Origin: a virus
Lineage: Duplodnaviria; Caudoviricetes
Reading direction: 5' to 3' (one strand)
DNA: 64,000 nt
Virus record (IMG/VR): IMGVR_UViG_3300014208_000023
Span: 128,001 to 192,000 of that record
Below the pieces are notes generated by a model that saw only the letters and a program-made list of their open reading frames with translations, had not been told where the DNA came from and did no database searches. Positions 50,624 to 58,972 of the stretch are shown piece by piece (the first letter of the stretch is position 1; each line of letters opens with the position of its first letter). The position numbers and the translations under genes were made by a program.

Positions 50624-52255
50624 TTAAGGAGCAACCCAAATTAGGGAGTGTATATGTCCTATGCCATTTTCTCCTGGAACTTGAGAGCCATCTAAAACTA
50701 TTCCTCCCCTGACGACGTGGCTATGTCCTTGAACTATAGAGGTAATTCCATCAACTTGCAGCGGATTAATGGTTTTATCTGACACCTGAATAGTATGCGT
50801 ATGAGGAGGGAAGCCAATAGATGTAGCTATACTAGTAGATAGGGCTCTAAAGATATTTATGCCAACAGAGCCATCAGAATTAGTATTTACATTCTCATAA
50901 ATTGGAACCATATAAATTGGATCCGTTTTACGAATTCTTTGTAAGGTAAATCTTTGTAGCCCAGAATTATCTAGAATAAACTTATTTCTAGTTACATTAA
51001 GGACTTCATATCTAAACTCCTCATTGCCGGCCTGGTCAAATCTAACTATAAAGTCTCTCTCGTGAATAGTTGGAACTGTTAAGGTCCAACAATTTGGTTT
51101 TAGATTAGATTCTAGGCCGCTTTCTGTAGGATCAACCGTTTCTACCGTAGGATCAAAACGAACCATAATTTTTCTATCAGAGCGTCTTGGGCTGAAATAT
51201 TGCTGCCATCCAACTACGAATCCAGTTCCAAAACATTTATTGCATCGCCCCTCAGGATACTCTCTCATACTATAACACGTGCAGGTAACGCCGGTCCATT
51301 GACGACGAACCAATACTACTGGCTCACCATCAACATTAAGAAGGGTTTCTTGCCTCTGTAAATTTTGAATAACCGGAGATACTCCTCTTATAATAAAAGA
51401 GCCAGTATAACCATCTATACATCCTCTAGTTCCACCAATATAGCTTCCAATGCATTTCCCAGAAAGAACTAATCTTGGATCACTATGATATTGATTATAG
51501 TCATATGAAGGAAAATTAAGATTGATTTGATCGCTTACCGTCATATCAGTATTTAATAAATCTACTGTTTTTTGATGATAACCATCAGTTGGCAAGTATT
51601 TCTGATTTATTACTCCAAATCTAGATTCACACTCAAATACTCTTGTATTATCTTCCTCATCAACTAGTGGCCATAAGGTAACATTTGGGTCCCAAGACTG
51701 ATATCCATCTGATCCACTAATATAATGTGCGTGCGGAGTTGTGGTTCCATAACCTCGTTCGGATACTACTAAATCTCCATATCCATCTATTGATGAATAA
51801 GTTATTAATTCATTTCCAATTTTAACTATTCCAGATGATGGAAATCCATCGACATCAACCAAAGGTATTAGCGTTGAAACTGAAGAGATATCACTAAAAA
51901 GAAGTGACTTTGGTAACACGCGAAGATTACCATAAACTATCGGCAGTGTAGCAAAATTAAATACGCTAGAGTTATATTCAAAAGCTCTTATGCCAAAATG
52001 ATACATCGTTCCTGGCGTCAAATCTTCAATAGTTGCAGAAGTATATCCGTCCAAACATATGAATGAAGGATCCTGATCGAAATGATCGGTAGTAAAATCA
52101 GGGCTTTGTCTATCATTAAAATATATGTTATAAGCAATTTTATTTGTAACTAGCACCGGATATGCTTTGGCCCACGTCACTGTTATAGACGTTCCATTAA
52201 AGTCGGAATTGGCAGCAGTAATTCCAATTATGCTTTTATTTAAGTAGTAAGGCAA
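50624..52255 (-). CDS. Head-closure/neck protein with N-terminal FN3 domain, Zn finger and C-terminal HxH motifs
   Basis: TTG start with AAGGA RBS. FN3 motif ATIEDLTPGTMYHFGIRAFEYN; CTC...CNKCFGTG; DFIVRFD...RYEVLNVTR; HTH, HSH and HIH at the C-terminus; five DGY motifs. Confidence 0.65.
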   Translation of the reverse strand: MPYYLNKSIIGITAANSDFNGTSITVTWAKAYPVLVTNKIAYNIYFNDRQSPDFTTDHFDQDPSFICLDGYTSATIEDLTPGTMYHFGIRAFEYNSSVFNFATLPIVYGNLRVLPKSLLFSDISSVSTLIPLVDVDGFPSSGIVKIGNELITYSSIDGYGDLVVSERGYGTTTPHAHYISGSDGYQSWDPNVTLWPLVDEEDNTRVFECESRFGVINQKYLPTDGYHQKTVDLLNTDMTVSDQINLNFPSYDYNQYHSDPRLVLSGKCIGSYIGGTRGCIDGYTGSFIIRGVSPVIQNLQRQETLLNVDGEPVVLVRRQWTGVTCTCYSMREYPEGRCNKCFGTGFVVGWQQYFSPRRSDRKIMVRFDPTVETVDPTESGLESNLKPNCWTLTVPTIHERDFIVRFDQAGNEEFRYEVLNVTRNKFILDNSGLQRFTLQRIRKTDPIYMVPIYENVNTNSDGSVGINIFRALSTSIATSIGFPPHTHTIQVSDKTINPLQVDGITSIVQGHSHVVRGGIVLDGSQVPGENGIGHIHSLIWVAP

Positions 52256-52269
52256 GGTATCCTTTTAAA

Positions 52270-52282
52270 ATACGAGAATATT
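52270..52282 (-). promoter_or_regulatory. Putative late-promoter motif AATATTCTCGTAT
   Basis: 12/13 identical to the copy upstream of the capsid gene; 14 nt before the TTG start of the neck gene. Confidence 0.55.
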
Positions 52283-52288
52283 ATTGGG

Positions 52289-52780
52289 CTAATCATCAAT
52301 GCGACTAGCCAGCTCGTCTTTCTTTTCCTTACGTTCTTTCTTACCATCTACGTCGTGATGATTCAATAAATGTTCAATATATTTATTAGCCTCTTCATCG
52401 CCATACTGGTCATCCATATATTCGATTTGATATGTAAATGCCTCTATCTCGTCCTCGTTCTCCAAATACTCGCCATCGTTAGCGCCCTTGGTTGGCTTAT
52501 TACGAGTTGTCATTTGAAGAAAGTGAGATATCTCATGTAGAATATAATGAATATTATTCTTAAAATTATTATCTAATAATAGTTTCTTATTTAGGATTAT
52601 AACTCCACGAACTGTTTTGGCAGAAACATCAACATCATCTCCAAAACGAATGGGCACAAGATCAATAACATCTTCATTTACTTTAAAATCTTTGCACATT
52701 TTTTTATATGTTTCATCTTCACGAAGCATATCCTTACCTTCTTCTATTTTTTTAAGCAGCTCGGCCCTGGATTGTTCCAT
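52289..52780 (-). CDS. Putative zincin metallopeptidase-like protein
   Basis: HYILHEISHFLQ (HExxH) followed by YLENEDEIEAF. Confidence 0.65.
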   Translation of the reverse strand: MEQSRAELLKKIEEGKDMLREDETYKKMCKDFKVNEDVIDLVPIRFGDDVDVSAKTVRGVIILNKKLLLDNNFKNNIHYILHEISHFLQMTTRNKPTKGANDGEYLENEDEIEAFTYQIEYMDDQYGDEEANKYIEHLLNHHDVDGKKERKEKKDELASRIDD

Positions 52781-52782
52781 AA

Positions 52783-53685
52783 TTAAAATAGTCTCCGAGC
52801 GCGAAGAGTCGATAGTCTGCGTGCAAGTGGATTTGTTCCGTTGGTCATCGTTAGCGTTCCAAGTCCTTGTGGTCCTGGCTTCATTGATGCCTTAATTTGC
52901 TTCAATTTCTCAAGATGTGTTGTATGCATTTGTGAATACTGGCTATTCATTAGTTCCGAAACCGTTGGAACATTAACGGCAACCCCGTTATCAGTTATTT
53001 GCCACTCACGCCCACGTTCAATTAAAGCCTGGCTAGAGAGCGCGTAAATAGCGGCACCCTCTACTATGATATAATGGAAAAGGTCTATAATACTTGTGTT
53101 GTCAAAATTAAAGGTAGTAAAATGTGGGATAGCATTAAACTCTGCTAGGCTAGCTGCCAAAAACGTAACTAATGTATCTACGCTAAAAATATCGCAGTCA
53201 GTGTAATAAATATTACCAGCAGAATCCATTTCCTGTATCTTGCCAGAGCTATTTAATCTTGCCCGTAGCGTTTTAATGAGTTTATTTATGTTTAGAATAG
53301 ATGTTTGTGAGTAATGGAACCCAGGATCTTCACCCAAAGCATAATACCCATCAGGACTTATTACTGCAGGAAGATTGCTATCAAAAACAACGAAATTTTT
53401 CGTTTGTGTAGTTACATTACCGGCAATACTTCCCTGCCAAATATCACTCCAAACCCCTAAGGGCCCGGCCAGCCCTATATCGTAGGCATATGCGTATATT
53501 CCGACACCCATTCTCTGGACCCCAGAACTTGTTGGCGAAAACAAAACGCTACCAGAAGGCTGAACTATTGAGATAGTTGGAAAAGTATCGGTATCAGTGG
53601 GCACACCTAAATTATTGTAGAAAGTGGCAGTTAATACCACTCTATCCGTCACGCTTAAAAGTTCCCCTCTAGCTTTATTGACCAT
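52783..53685 (-). CDS. Head-tail connector/neck protein candidate
   Basis: ATG 53685 with AGGAG RBS (track start TTG 53715). Ig-like N-terminus and a helical adaptor-like C-terminus; first gene of the structural operon. Confidence 0.55.
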   Translation of the reverse strand: MVNKARGELLSVTDRVVLTATFYNNLGVPTDTDTFPTISIVQPSGSVLFSPTSSGVQRMGVGIYAYAYDIGLAGPLGVWSDIWQGSIAGNVTTQTKNFVVFDSNLPAVISPDGYYALGEDPGFHYSQTSILNINKLIKTLRARLNSSGKIQEMDSAGNIYYTDCDIFSVDTLVTFLAASLAEFNAIPHFTTFNFDNTSIIDLFHYIIVEGAAIYALSSQALIERGREWQITDNGVAVNVPTVSELMNSQYSQMHTTHLEKLKQIKASMKPGPQGLGTLTMTNGTNPLARRLSTLRARRLF

Positions 53686-53735
53686 TCCGCTCCTGGTATT
53701 ATGCGGGATTAGCAATAGTTTGATATCTTATAGCA

Positions 53736-54122
53736 ATGAAAAGTTTTTGGATCCAAAACATGTCTAACAGACTAATCTCATTGGGGGATTTAGGCATTTT
53801 ATTGCAACCATATCAAACAGTTAATCTATTAGATAGTAGGCATTATTTCTTCACAGAAGAACAAATACAAGCGTCATTAAAAAGCGGATCTCTTTTTAAG
53901 AGAAGTGACAAAATTGTTGTTAGAAAAATACCGCCGCCTAAAATTTTTAAAGGACCAAGCCCAATAGGTCTAGACGAGAAAAATGAATATCCATCAAAAA
54001 TACGTTCATTATTAGAACACAAAGAGTTTAATTATGATGAGCTTCAAATGTCCGATGAAGAATATGCCAAAGAAAATGCTGACTTGGCTGATGAGGATGA
54101 TTTAGGGAAATATAAAAAATAA
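53736..54122 (+). CDS. Hypothetical protein
   Basis: 128 aa, acidic C-terminus; divergent from the structural operon; coupled to the next gene. Confidence 0.65.
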   Translation: MKSFWIQNMSNRLISLGDLGILLQPYQTVNLLDSRHYFFTEEQIQASLKSGSLFKRSDKIVVRKIPPPKIFKGPSPIGLDEKNEYPSKIRSLLEHKEFNYDELQMSDEEYAKENADLADEDDLGKYKK

Positions 54123-54433
54123 TGGATATAGGATTAGTCAGCTTAATAGTATCTGGGTTCGTTGCTTCCGTAACGGCATTGAACTTCCTAAATACCATGT
54201 CGGTTCGAAAAGAAGCCGGGCTAGATAAGTTTGCCAAGGCCGCCGCCGTGGATAATGAGCTAATTGTTATAAGAAAAGACATAGCAGATGTCTATGCAAA
54301 ACTAGAAGACCATGGACAGAAGATAAGCAATCTTCAAGTGGGTCATGCCGTCCTGAATTCTCAGGTCGGGGCCCAGTTGAGGGAAGTTGAGAAGTTGGGG
54401 GACAAGTTAGATGAGTGGAGAAAAAATGAGTAA
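54122..54433 (+). CDS. Membrane-anchored coiled-coil protein
   Basis: N-terminal hydrophobic helix (IGLVSLIVSGFVASVTALNFL) followed by a heptad pattern; TAATG overlap. Confidence 0.6.
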   Translation: MDIGLVSLIVSGFVASVTALNFLNTMSVRKEAGLDKFAKAAAVDNELIVIRKDIADVYAKLEDHGQKISNLQVGHAVLNSQVGAQLREVEKLGDKLDEWRKNE

Positions 54434-54596
54434 TAATAGTTATTATGAATCACGTCAACAGCCTCAATTAGAGGTCGTTGAACTTGAGCAAGAAAACGAT
54501 CATGTAAAACTAATGAAGGCCTACCGTAAATTGAATCAAAAAATTGATTCATTAATTCAGAAGCGAAAAGCTCCAGAAAAAAACGATAAGCCCTAA
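54426..54596 (+). CDS. Small hypothetical coiled-coil protein
   Basis: GGAG upstream of ATG 54426; overlaps the previous stop. Confidence 0.5.
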   Translation: MSNNSYYESRQQPQLEVVELEQENDHVKLMKAYRKLNQKIDSLIQKRKAPEKNDKP

Positions 54597-54599
54597 TAG

Positions 54600-54833
54600 T
54601 TATTCAGAAACAGTAACTTCAATAGCCTTGGGTTGGTTTCGGACATTTACACCGAGCTTGAAACTAACTTTCTGATCTTTTTTAATAGTTTTAAATCCTT
54701 CACAGGAGATATCGCTGAAATGCACGAATAAATCAGTCTGCACGACACCTTCCTTCTCCCAATGGATAAACCCATATCCAAGTTTGTTAATGAAAAAAAC
54801 TACCTTACCTTCATATACTTTATCGTCACTCAT
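54600..54833 (-). CDS. Cold-shock domain protein (CspA family)
   Basis: GKVVFF, RNP1 GYGFI, RNP2 DLFVHF, GFKTIKKDQKVSF; 77 aa. Confidence 0.92.
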   Translation of the reverse strand: MSDDKVYEGKVVFFINKLGYGFIHWEKEGVVQTDLFVHFSDISCEGFKTIKKDQKVSFKLGVNVRNQPKAIEVTVSE

Positions 54834-54857
54834 TATATTTCCTTACTTTTCTTAATA

Positions 54858-55124
54858 TCACTCATCTAACGCTTTTTTAATTGCCGTCTCGGAAGCTCCA
54901 GCAATAGTAGTCCCTATTAGTCCCGATCGACTGGCACCAAAATAAATATCCATTTCTTGCAGTCCCTGAACAGCAATAATATCTCTTTCTTCTTTTGTTT
55001 TAGCATGCTTCATTGCCTCATCTACCTTTTTGAAAATATCCAAAATAGGCTTTTCATAACCAGAAACTCTTGCGTGTTCTAGTAAGTGGGCCCTAGTTTG
55101 CTGCTCGTTCATAGGCTTTGACAT
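54858..55124 (-). CDS. Hypothetical protein
   Basis: AAGGA RBS; 88 aa, helical. Confidence 0.6.
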   Translation of the reverse strand: MSKPMNEQQTRAHLLEHARVSGYEKPILDIFKKVDEAMKHAKTKEERDIIAVQGLQEMDIYFGASRSGLIGTTIAGASETAIKKALDE

Positions 55125-55149
55125 CTTAATCCTTTATATATCAATTACT

Positions 55150-55680
55150 TTATAATTTAGTTGCCGCCTTCAAGAAATTAACAATTACATGCATATTTCT
55201 TGATGAAATTACTTTTCTTTCCATCAATAATGCGCCAGCCTGCTTAACCGCACGAACATCAGTTTTGGCATAATCAAAGAAAGCTATATCGGCTAATTCT
55301 TTTAATGTTTCTATGTCATGTTTAGAAATCATTCCTTTATTCAATAGTAGCTGAAGAACCTCTACGGATGACATCTCATCTCCATCCATATACCATTTCT
55401 GCGTTCCATTAAAGAAGTTGGCGGCAGGACCATTTTCTCTATGCAATTTTCCGTTATGATACCATAGCTGATTGCCATCTGGATTTATTACTGCCGGACC
55501 ATCCAATCTGTGTAGCTGTCCTAAAGAGTTATAGTAACGCTTAATACCATTTTTATCAATACGAATGCCAGACTTGTCCGTTTGCTTAATTGGTTTTGGA
55601 ATATATTGTTTATATGGCTCATCATAGCTTAAATCAATATTTTTTGTTTTATGCTCAAAATCTTCGGCTAATTTTTTCAT
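55150..55680 (-). CDS. LHRxDGPA (MORN-variant-like) repeat protein
   Basis: RYYNSLGQLHRLDGPAV and WYHNGKLHRENGPAA repeats. Confidence 0.75.
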   Translation of the reverse strand: MKKLAEDFEHKTKNIDLSYDEPYKQYIPKPIKQTDKSGIRIDKNGIKRYYNSLGQLHRLDGPAVINPDGNQLWYHNGKLHRENGPAANFFNGTQKWYMDGDEMSSVEVLQLLLNKGMISKHDIETLKELADIAFFDYAKTDVRAVKQAGALLMERKVISSRNMHVIVNFLKAATKL

Positions 55681-55819
55681 CGCGGTTTTTGTTTATTCAG
55701 CAATAAAGTAAAAAATCTTATTCTTACATAGAAGATATGAAAATATTAAGCCACATATCAAATTTTATGAATTAAATGACAAATCGACACAAAAATAAAA
55801 AAAAATTACCAAAATAAGT

Positions 55820-55832
55820 AATATTCTCATAT
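55820..55832 (+). promoter_or_regulatory. Putative phage late-promoter motif AATATTCTCATAT upstream of the major capsid gene
   Basis: Best copy of a 13-nt motif (AATAWnnnnRYAT) also found upstream of at least seven other genes. Confidence 0.55.
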
Positions 55833-55892
55833 CCTTTTAGCAAGACGCTGGGCAACTGGCAATACTTTCTCTAACTAATTAGGATAAATCGA

Positions 55893-56900
55893 ATGAATAT
55901 GTTTAATAACAGAGGCGAAATGAATGCCTCTTCACTCAAAGATGCACTCGCGCAAATTAGCAAGTTCGCTTCACTAATGGATGACAACCTTCCATCAAAC
56001 GCTAACCTCTCGTCTTCAATTCCAGAAGGCCGCAGAGATGACCTAATCTCGCGCGCTATTTCTAGCACGGAAGGAAAACTCGTTCTAGCCCAGGCTATGG
56101 CGAATCCAATTCGTAAGAATCTTGACTACCACGGAATCGCGCGCAGAGCGCTCGTAGTTGATCCACTTCCCCAAGGAGCTCTCCCTGTTTATGATCGCGA
56201 TATCGACGTTACGGCCGTAGTTGTTTCTTCAAACGGTTCAGCTCCAGAGTCTCGCGTTTTCGGTGACCGTGTTACGGTTCCAGAATTCGAAATCATGAGC
56301 AACCCAACGGTTCGTATCGCGGAAGTCAAACGCCGTAGATTCAACGTAATCGACAGAGCTGTTCAGAAGGCTCGTCAAGAGATCATGGCGCAGGAAGACG
56401 CGAACGTTTTCGCGGCCCTTGATGCGGCTGCTTCAATTGAAAACACGGTTATGGACATCGCTGACGCAGGAATGCAGAAGCGTGACCTTCGCAACCTTAA
56501 AGTTCAGGTTGATCGTTGGGACCTCGTAACCAGCAAGTTCTTCATGAACATCAACGAGTACAACGATATCCTCGGTTGGGCTTCTGGTGGTGGTCAGGGC
56601 GTCGGCGGTGGTGAAGTTGATCCCGTTACGCAGCGCGAAATCCTCCAGACGGGCCTCTATGCTCACATCTGGGGAGCCGATATCCTCGTCAGCAAGATCG
56701 TTCCAGCGGGAACCGTCTATAGCTGTGCGGATCCAGAGTTCGTAGGCGTCATGCCAGTTCGCCAGGAATGTGAAGTTCTTCCTGCCGACGAGCCCCGCTT
56801 ACTCAAGCTCGGTTGGGTTGTTTCAGAGATCATCGGTCTCGCTATCGTCAATCCTCGCGGCTGCGCGAAGGGTACGAAGTCAACCCTCGTCGGAACCTGA
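55893..56900 (+). CDS. Major capsid protein (HK97 fold)
   Basis: LAQAMANPIRKNLDYHGIARRALVVDPLPQG, GTVYSCADPEFVGVMPV and GWVVSEIIGLAIVNPRG. From memory these resemble cluster C (Bxz1-like) myovirus capsid proteins. Strong codon bias; own promoter-like motif and terminator. Confidence 0.88.
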   Translation: MNMFNNRGEMNASSLKDALAQISKFASLMDDNLPSNANLSSSIPEGRRDDLISRAISSTEGKLVLAQAMANPIRKNLDYHGIARRALVVDPLPQGALPVYDRDIDVTAVVVSSNGSAPESRVFGDRVTVPEFEIMSNPTVRIAEVKRRRFNVIDRAVQKARQEIMAQEDANVFAALDAAASIENTVMDIADAGMQKRDLRNLKVQVDRWDLVTSKFFMNINEYNDILGWASGGGQGVGGGEVDPVTQREILQTGLYAHIWGADILVSKIVPAGTVYSCADPEFVGVMPVRQECEVLPADEPRLLKLGWVVSEIIGLAIVNPRGCAKGTKSTLVGT

Positions 56901-56906
56901 TAACTT

Positions 56907-56976
56907 GAGCTAACGTAAGTTAGCTCGTTAAAAGTGTAGGGAAGGATCGGAATGAAAATTCCGATCCTTTCTTTTT
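56907..56976 (+). terminator. Tandem GNRA hairpins; the second is an intrinsic terminator
   Basis: gagctaac-GTAA-gttagctc (56907..56926) and aaggatcggaat-GAAA-attccgatcctt (56942..56969), followed by tcttttt. Confidence 0.88.
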
Positions 56977-56995
56977 GTGCGTTATATTATAATAC

Positions 56996-57805
56996 ATGAT
57001 AAAATATAATGAATGGGTGGAAGCATTCCATCGAGACGGGTATTTGGTAATACCTAGCGTGCTTACTGAAGAAACTTGTAATGAGCTAAAAGACGATTTA
57101 GACGCCGCCATATATGATGGTGGAATAGGCAGGCGTAAATCAAAACTTAAAAAACGAATGTTTGAGCGTTCAAAAGCAAACCTAGAGCTATTTTGGCAGG
57201 ATCCAGTAGCAACATTTGCAGAAACACTAATTGCGGATAACGGGTCGCACGATGTTAAAGAATATAAGCGAGGTATTCCATCGGCAAACGAAACTCACGT
57301 TATTCATAACAATAGTTTTGTAATAAATGCTGGTCGTGATGGGCTTGGCGGAAGCTGCTGGCATCAAGACGACACTCCGCATATAACTTCTATTGATGGG
57401 CAGCCATTAACTAATGTAAGGCTAAATGTTTTGGCAATTACGTGCCTATACTATCTAACTGACGTATCTTCGGTAGAAAACGGACCAACCCAAGTAATAC
57501 CTGGAAGCCATTTGTTTGGCAGGCATTGTAATGGAGACATTACTGGCCTTGAAGATAAGATCGTATCCGCTACCGGACCAGTAGGAACTGCCGTTATTAT
57601 AAACAACCAGACTTGGCACAGAGGGTCTCCAAACCTATCTAATAGAGACAGGTATTGCACTCAAGTAACATATGCCAAACGTCTTATTGGCCATAAATAC
57701 GGCAATTTTATTGATTACCATATGCCAAAAGAGGTTTATAATGGGATAACCGATCCAAGAAAGCTCAGATTGCTAGGTTTTCTAGGGCATGGCGCTTATG
57801 GATAA
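56996..57805 (+). CDS. Phytanoyl-CoA dioxygenase (PhyH)-family Fe(II)/2-oxoglutarate dioxygenase
   Basis: FHRDGYLVIPSVL, WHQD (HxD), NGPTQVIPGSH, GTAVII...TWHRGSPNLSNRDR. Confidence 0.9.
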   Translation: MIKYNEWVEAFHRDGYLVIPSVLTEETCNELKDDLDAAIYDGGIGRRKSKLKKRMFERSKANLELFWQDPVATFAETLIADNGSHDVKEYKRGIPSANETHVIHNNSFVINAGRDGLGGSCWHQDDTPHITSIDGQPLTNVRLNVLAITCLYYLTDVSSVENGPTQVIPGSHLFGRHCNGDITGLEDKIVSATGPVGTAVIINNQTWHRGSPNLSNRDRYCTQVTYAKRLIGHKYGNFIDYHMPKEVYNGITDPRKLRLLGFLGHGAYG

Positions 57806-58120
57806 TCACCAACAACGCACGCAAACGGTTGCTGGGCCGCCAGTCTTCATTCTGAACCATATGCTTCCAGGACACCTACCAGAATAATCGAGAAATTTAG
57901 TCGTTAGAGCAGAGTCAAGCTCATCATGAACATCTACTCCATTAAAACTAACCTCTACTACGCTTGTATTGGTTTCATTTGAAAGGCTAAAATTGTTTAA
58001 CCCACTAACATTTATGGCAACATCTGGAAATGTTAGTGATGCAAATGCGCCACCTGCTGGTACAATTATTTTTCTAAAGTAGCAATTAGTATAACCTTGT
58101 TTGGCTCTTATTGTCGGCAT
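57806..58120 (-). CDS. Small beta-rich protein, paralog of 58973..59287; candidate virion decoration protein
   Basis: Shared pattern F.KIIV...SNE.N..VVE.SFNG..VH.ELD...IWF...G..T.RV.[CA]W; late-promoter-like motif 6 nt before ATG. Confidence 0.65.
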   Translation of the reverse strand: MPTIRAKQGYTNCYFRKIIVPAGGAFASLTFPDVAINVSGLNNFSLSNETNTSVVEVSFNGVDVHDELDSALTTKFLDYSGRCPGSIWFRMKTGGPATVCVRCW

Positions 58121-58145
58121 AACAATATACGCAATTATTAAGCTA

Positions 58146-58949
58146 TTAATTCAGTTTTTTATTTTGATTACCGAACTGTAGTTGAAAACTATCCATTAGT
58201 TTTTTGCCTTGATTTTTGGCATTATCAACAACTTTATGCAGGGCCTCATCAGGGGCCCCAGCCTTTCTTTTTAGCTCAAACTCCCAAGAGGCAGGAAAAT
58301 CTGGATGGTCCTCTAAAAGCTTACCGGCTTGCGACGGATGAATTGAAGATACATATTTTTTGAATAGTAAAAAGTATTCGCTAAATGGGGCTAGCTTGTT
58401 ATCAAAGTATTTTATTAGTTTTGGCATATCTTCTGGCCCAACCATCTTATCTCTTAGCATATCAGATAGTAGGCGAGAACGATATTGGTCTTTGTTATTC
58501 ATTGGCCAACCTTGGTATCGTAATTCTTCTAATTCAAGTATTTGACTGTCTTTATCTTTAACGCCAAGACGAGAAAATGCTACTTGACGAACTTTTGGAC
58601 TTTTATGATTCATAAACTGTTTTACATGCTTAAATCTAGTATCATTAAGTATATTTACCAAATCATCTTCATCCAATAGATTTTGTATTTCTAATATTTT
58701 ATTATCTAAATTCTTGCTTGGAGTAATATCAGGCATATCAAAAGCGTTTAGAATATGCATCGTAAGCAAATTGCTCGCGGCTTCACCTTTAGACAAAAGT
58801 GATTTGGTGGCATCTAAAATAGCCTGATATTTATCGTGACCCTCTGGCACTAAAAGAAAATTGTTACAAATCTTATTGGCTCTAGAATCATCTATTAAAT
58901 TAGATGATATTTTCAAAAATTCGCTGGCCAATTTTAATAATTTACTCAT
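58146..58949 (-). CDS. Hypothetical helical protein
   Basis: Likely ATG 58949 (MSKLLKLASEF); late-promoter-like motif upstream. Confidence 0.65.
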   Translation of the reverse strand: MSKLLKLASEFLKISSNLIDDSRANKICNNFLLVPEGHDKYQAILDATKSLLSKGEAASNLLTMHILNAFDMPDITPSKNLDNKILEIQNLLDEDDLVNILNDTRFKHVKQFMNHKSPKVRQVAFSRLGVKDKDSQILELEELRYQGWPMNNKDQYRSRLLSDMLRDKMVGPEDMPKLIKYFDNKLAPFSEYFLLFKKYVSSIHPSQAGKLLEDHPDFPASWEFELKRKAGAPDEALHKVVDNAKNQGKKLMDSFQLQFGNQNKKLN

Positions 58950-58972
58950 TTTCTTTAAAATATACAAAATTA

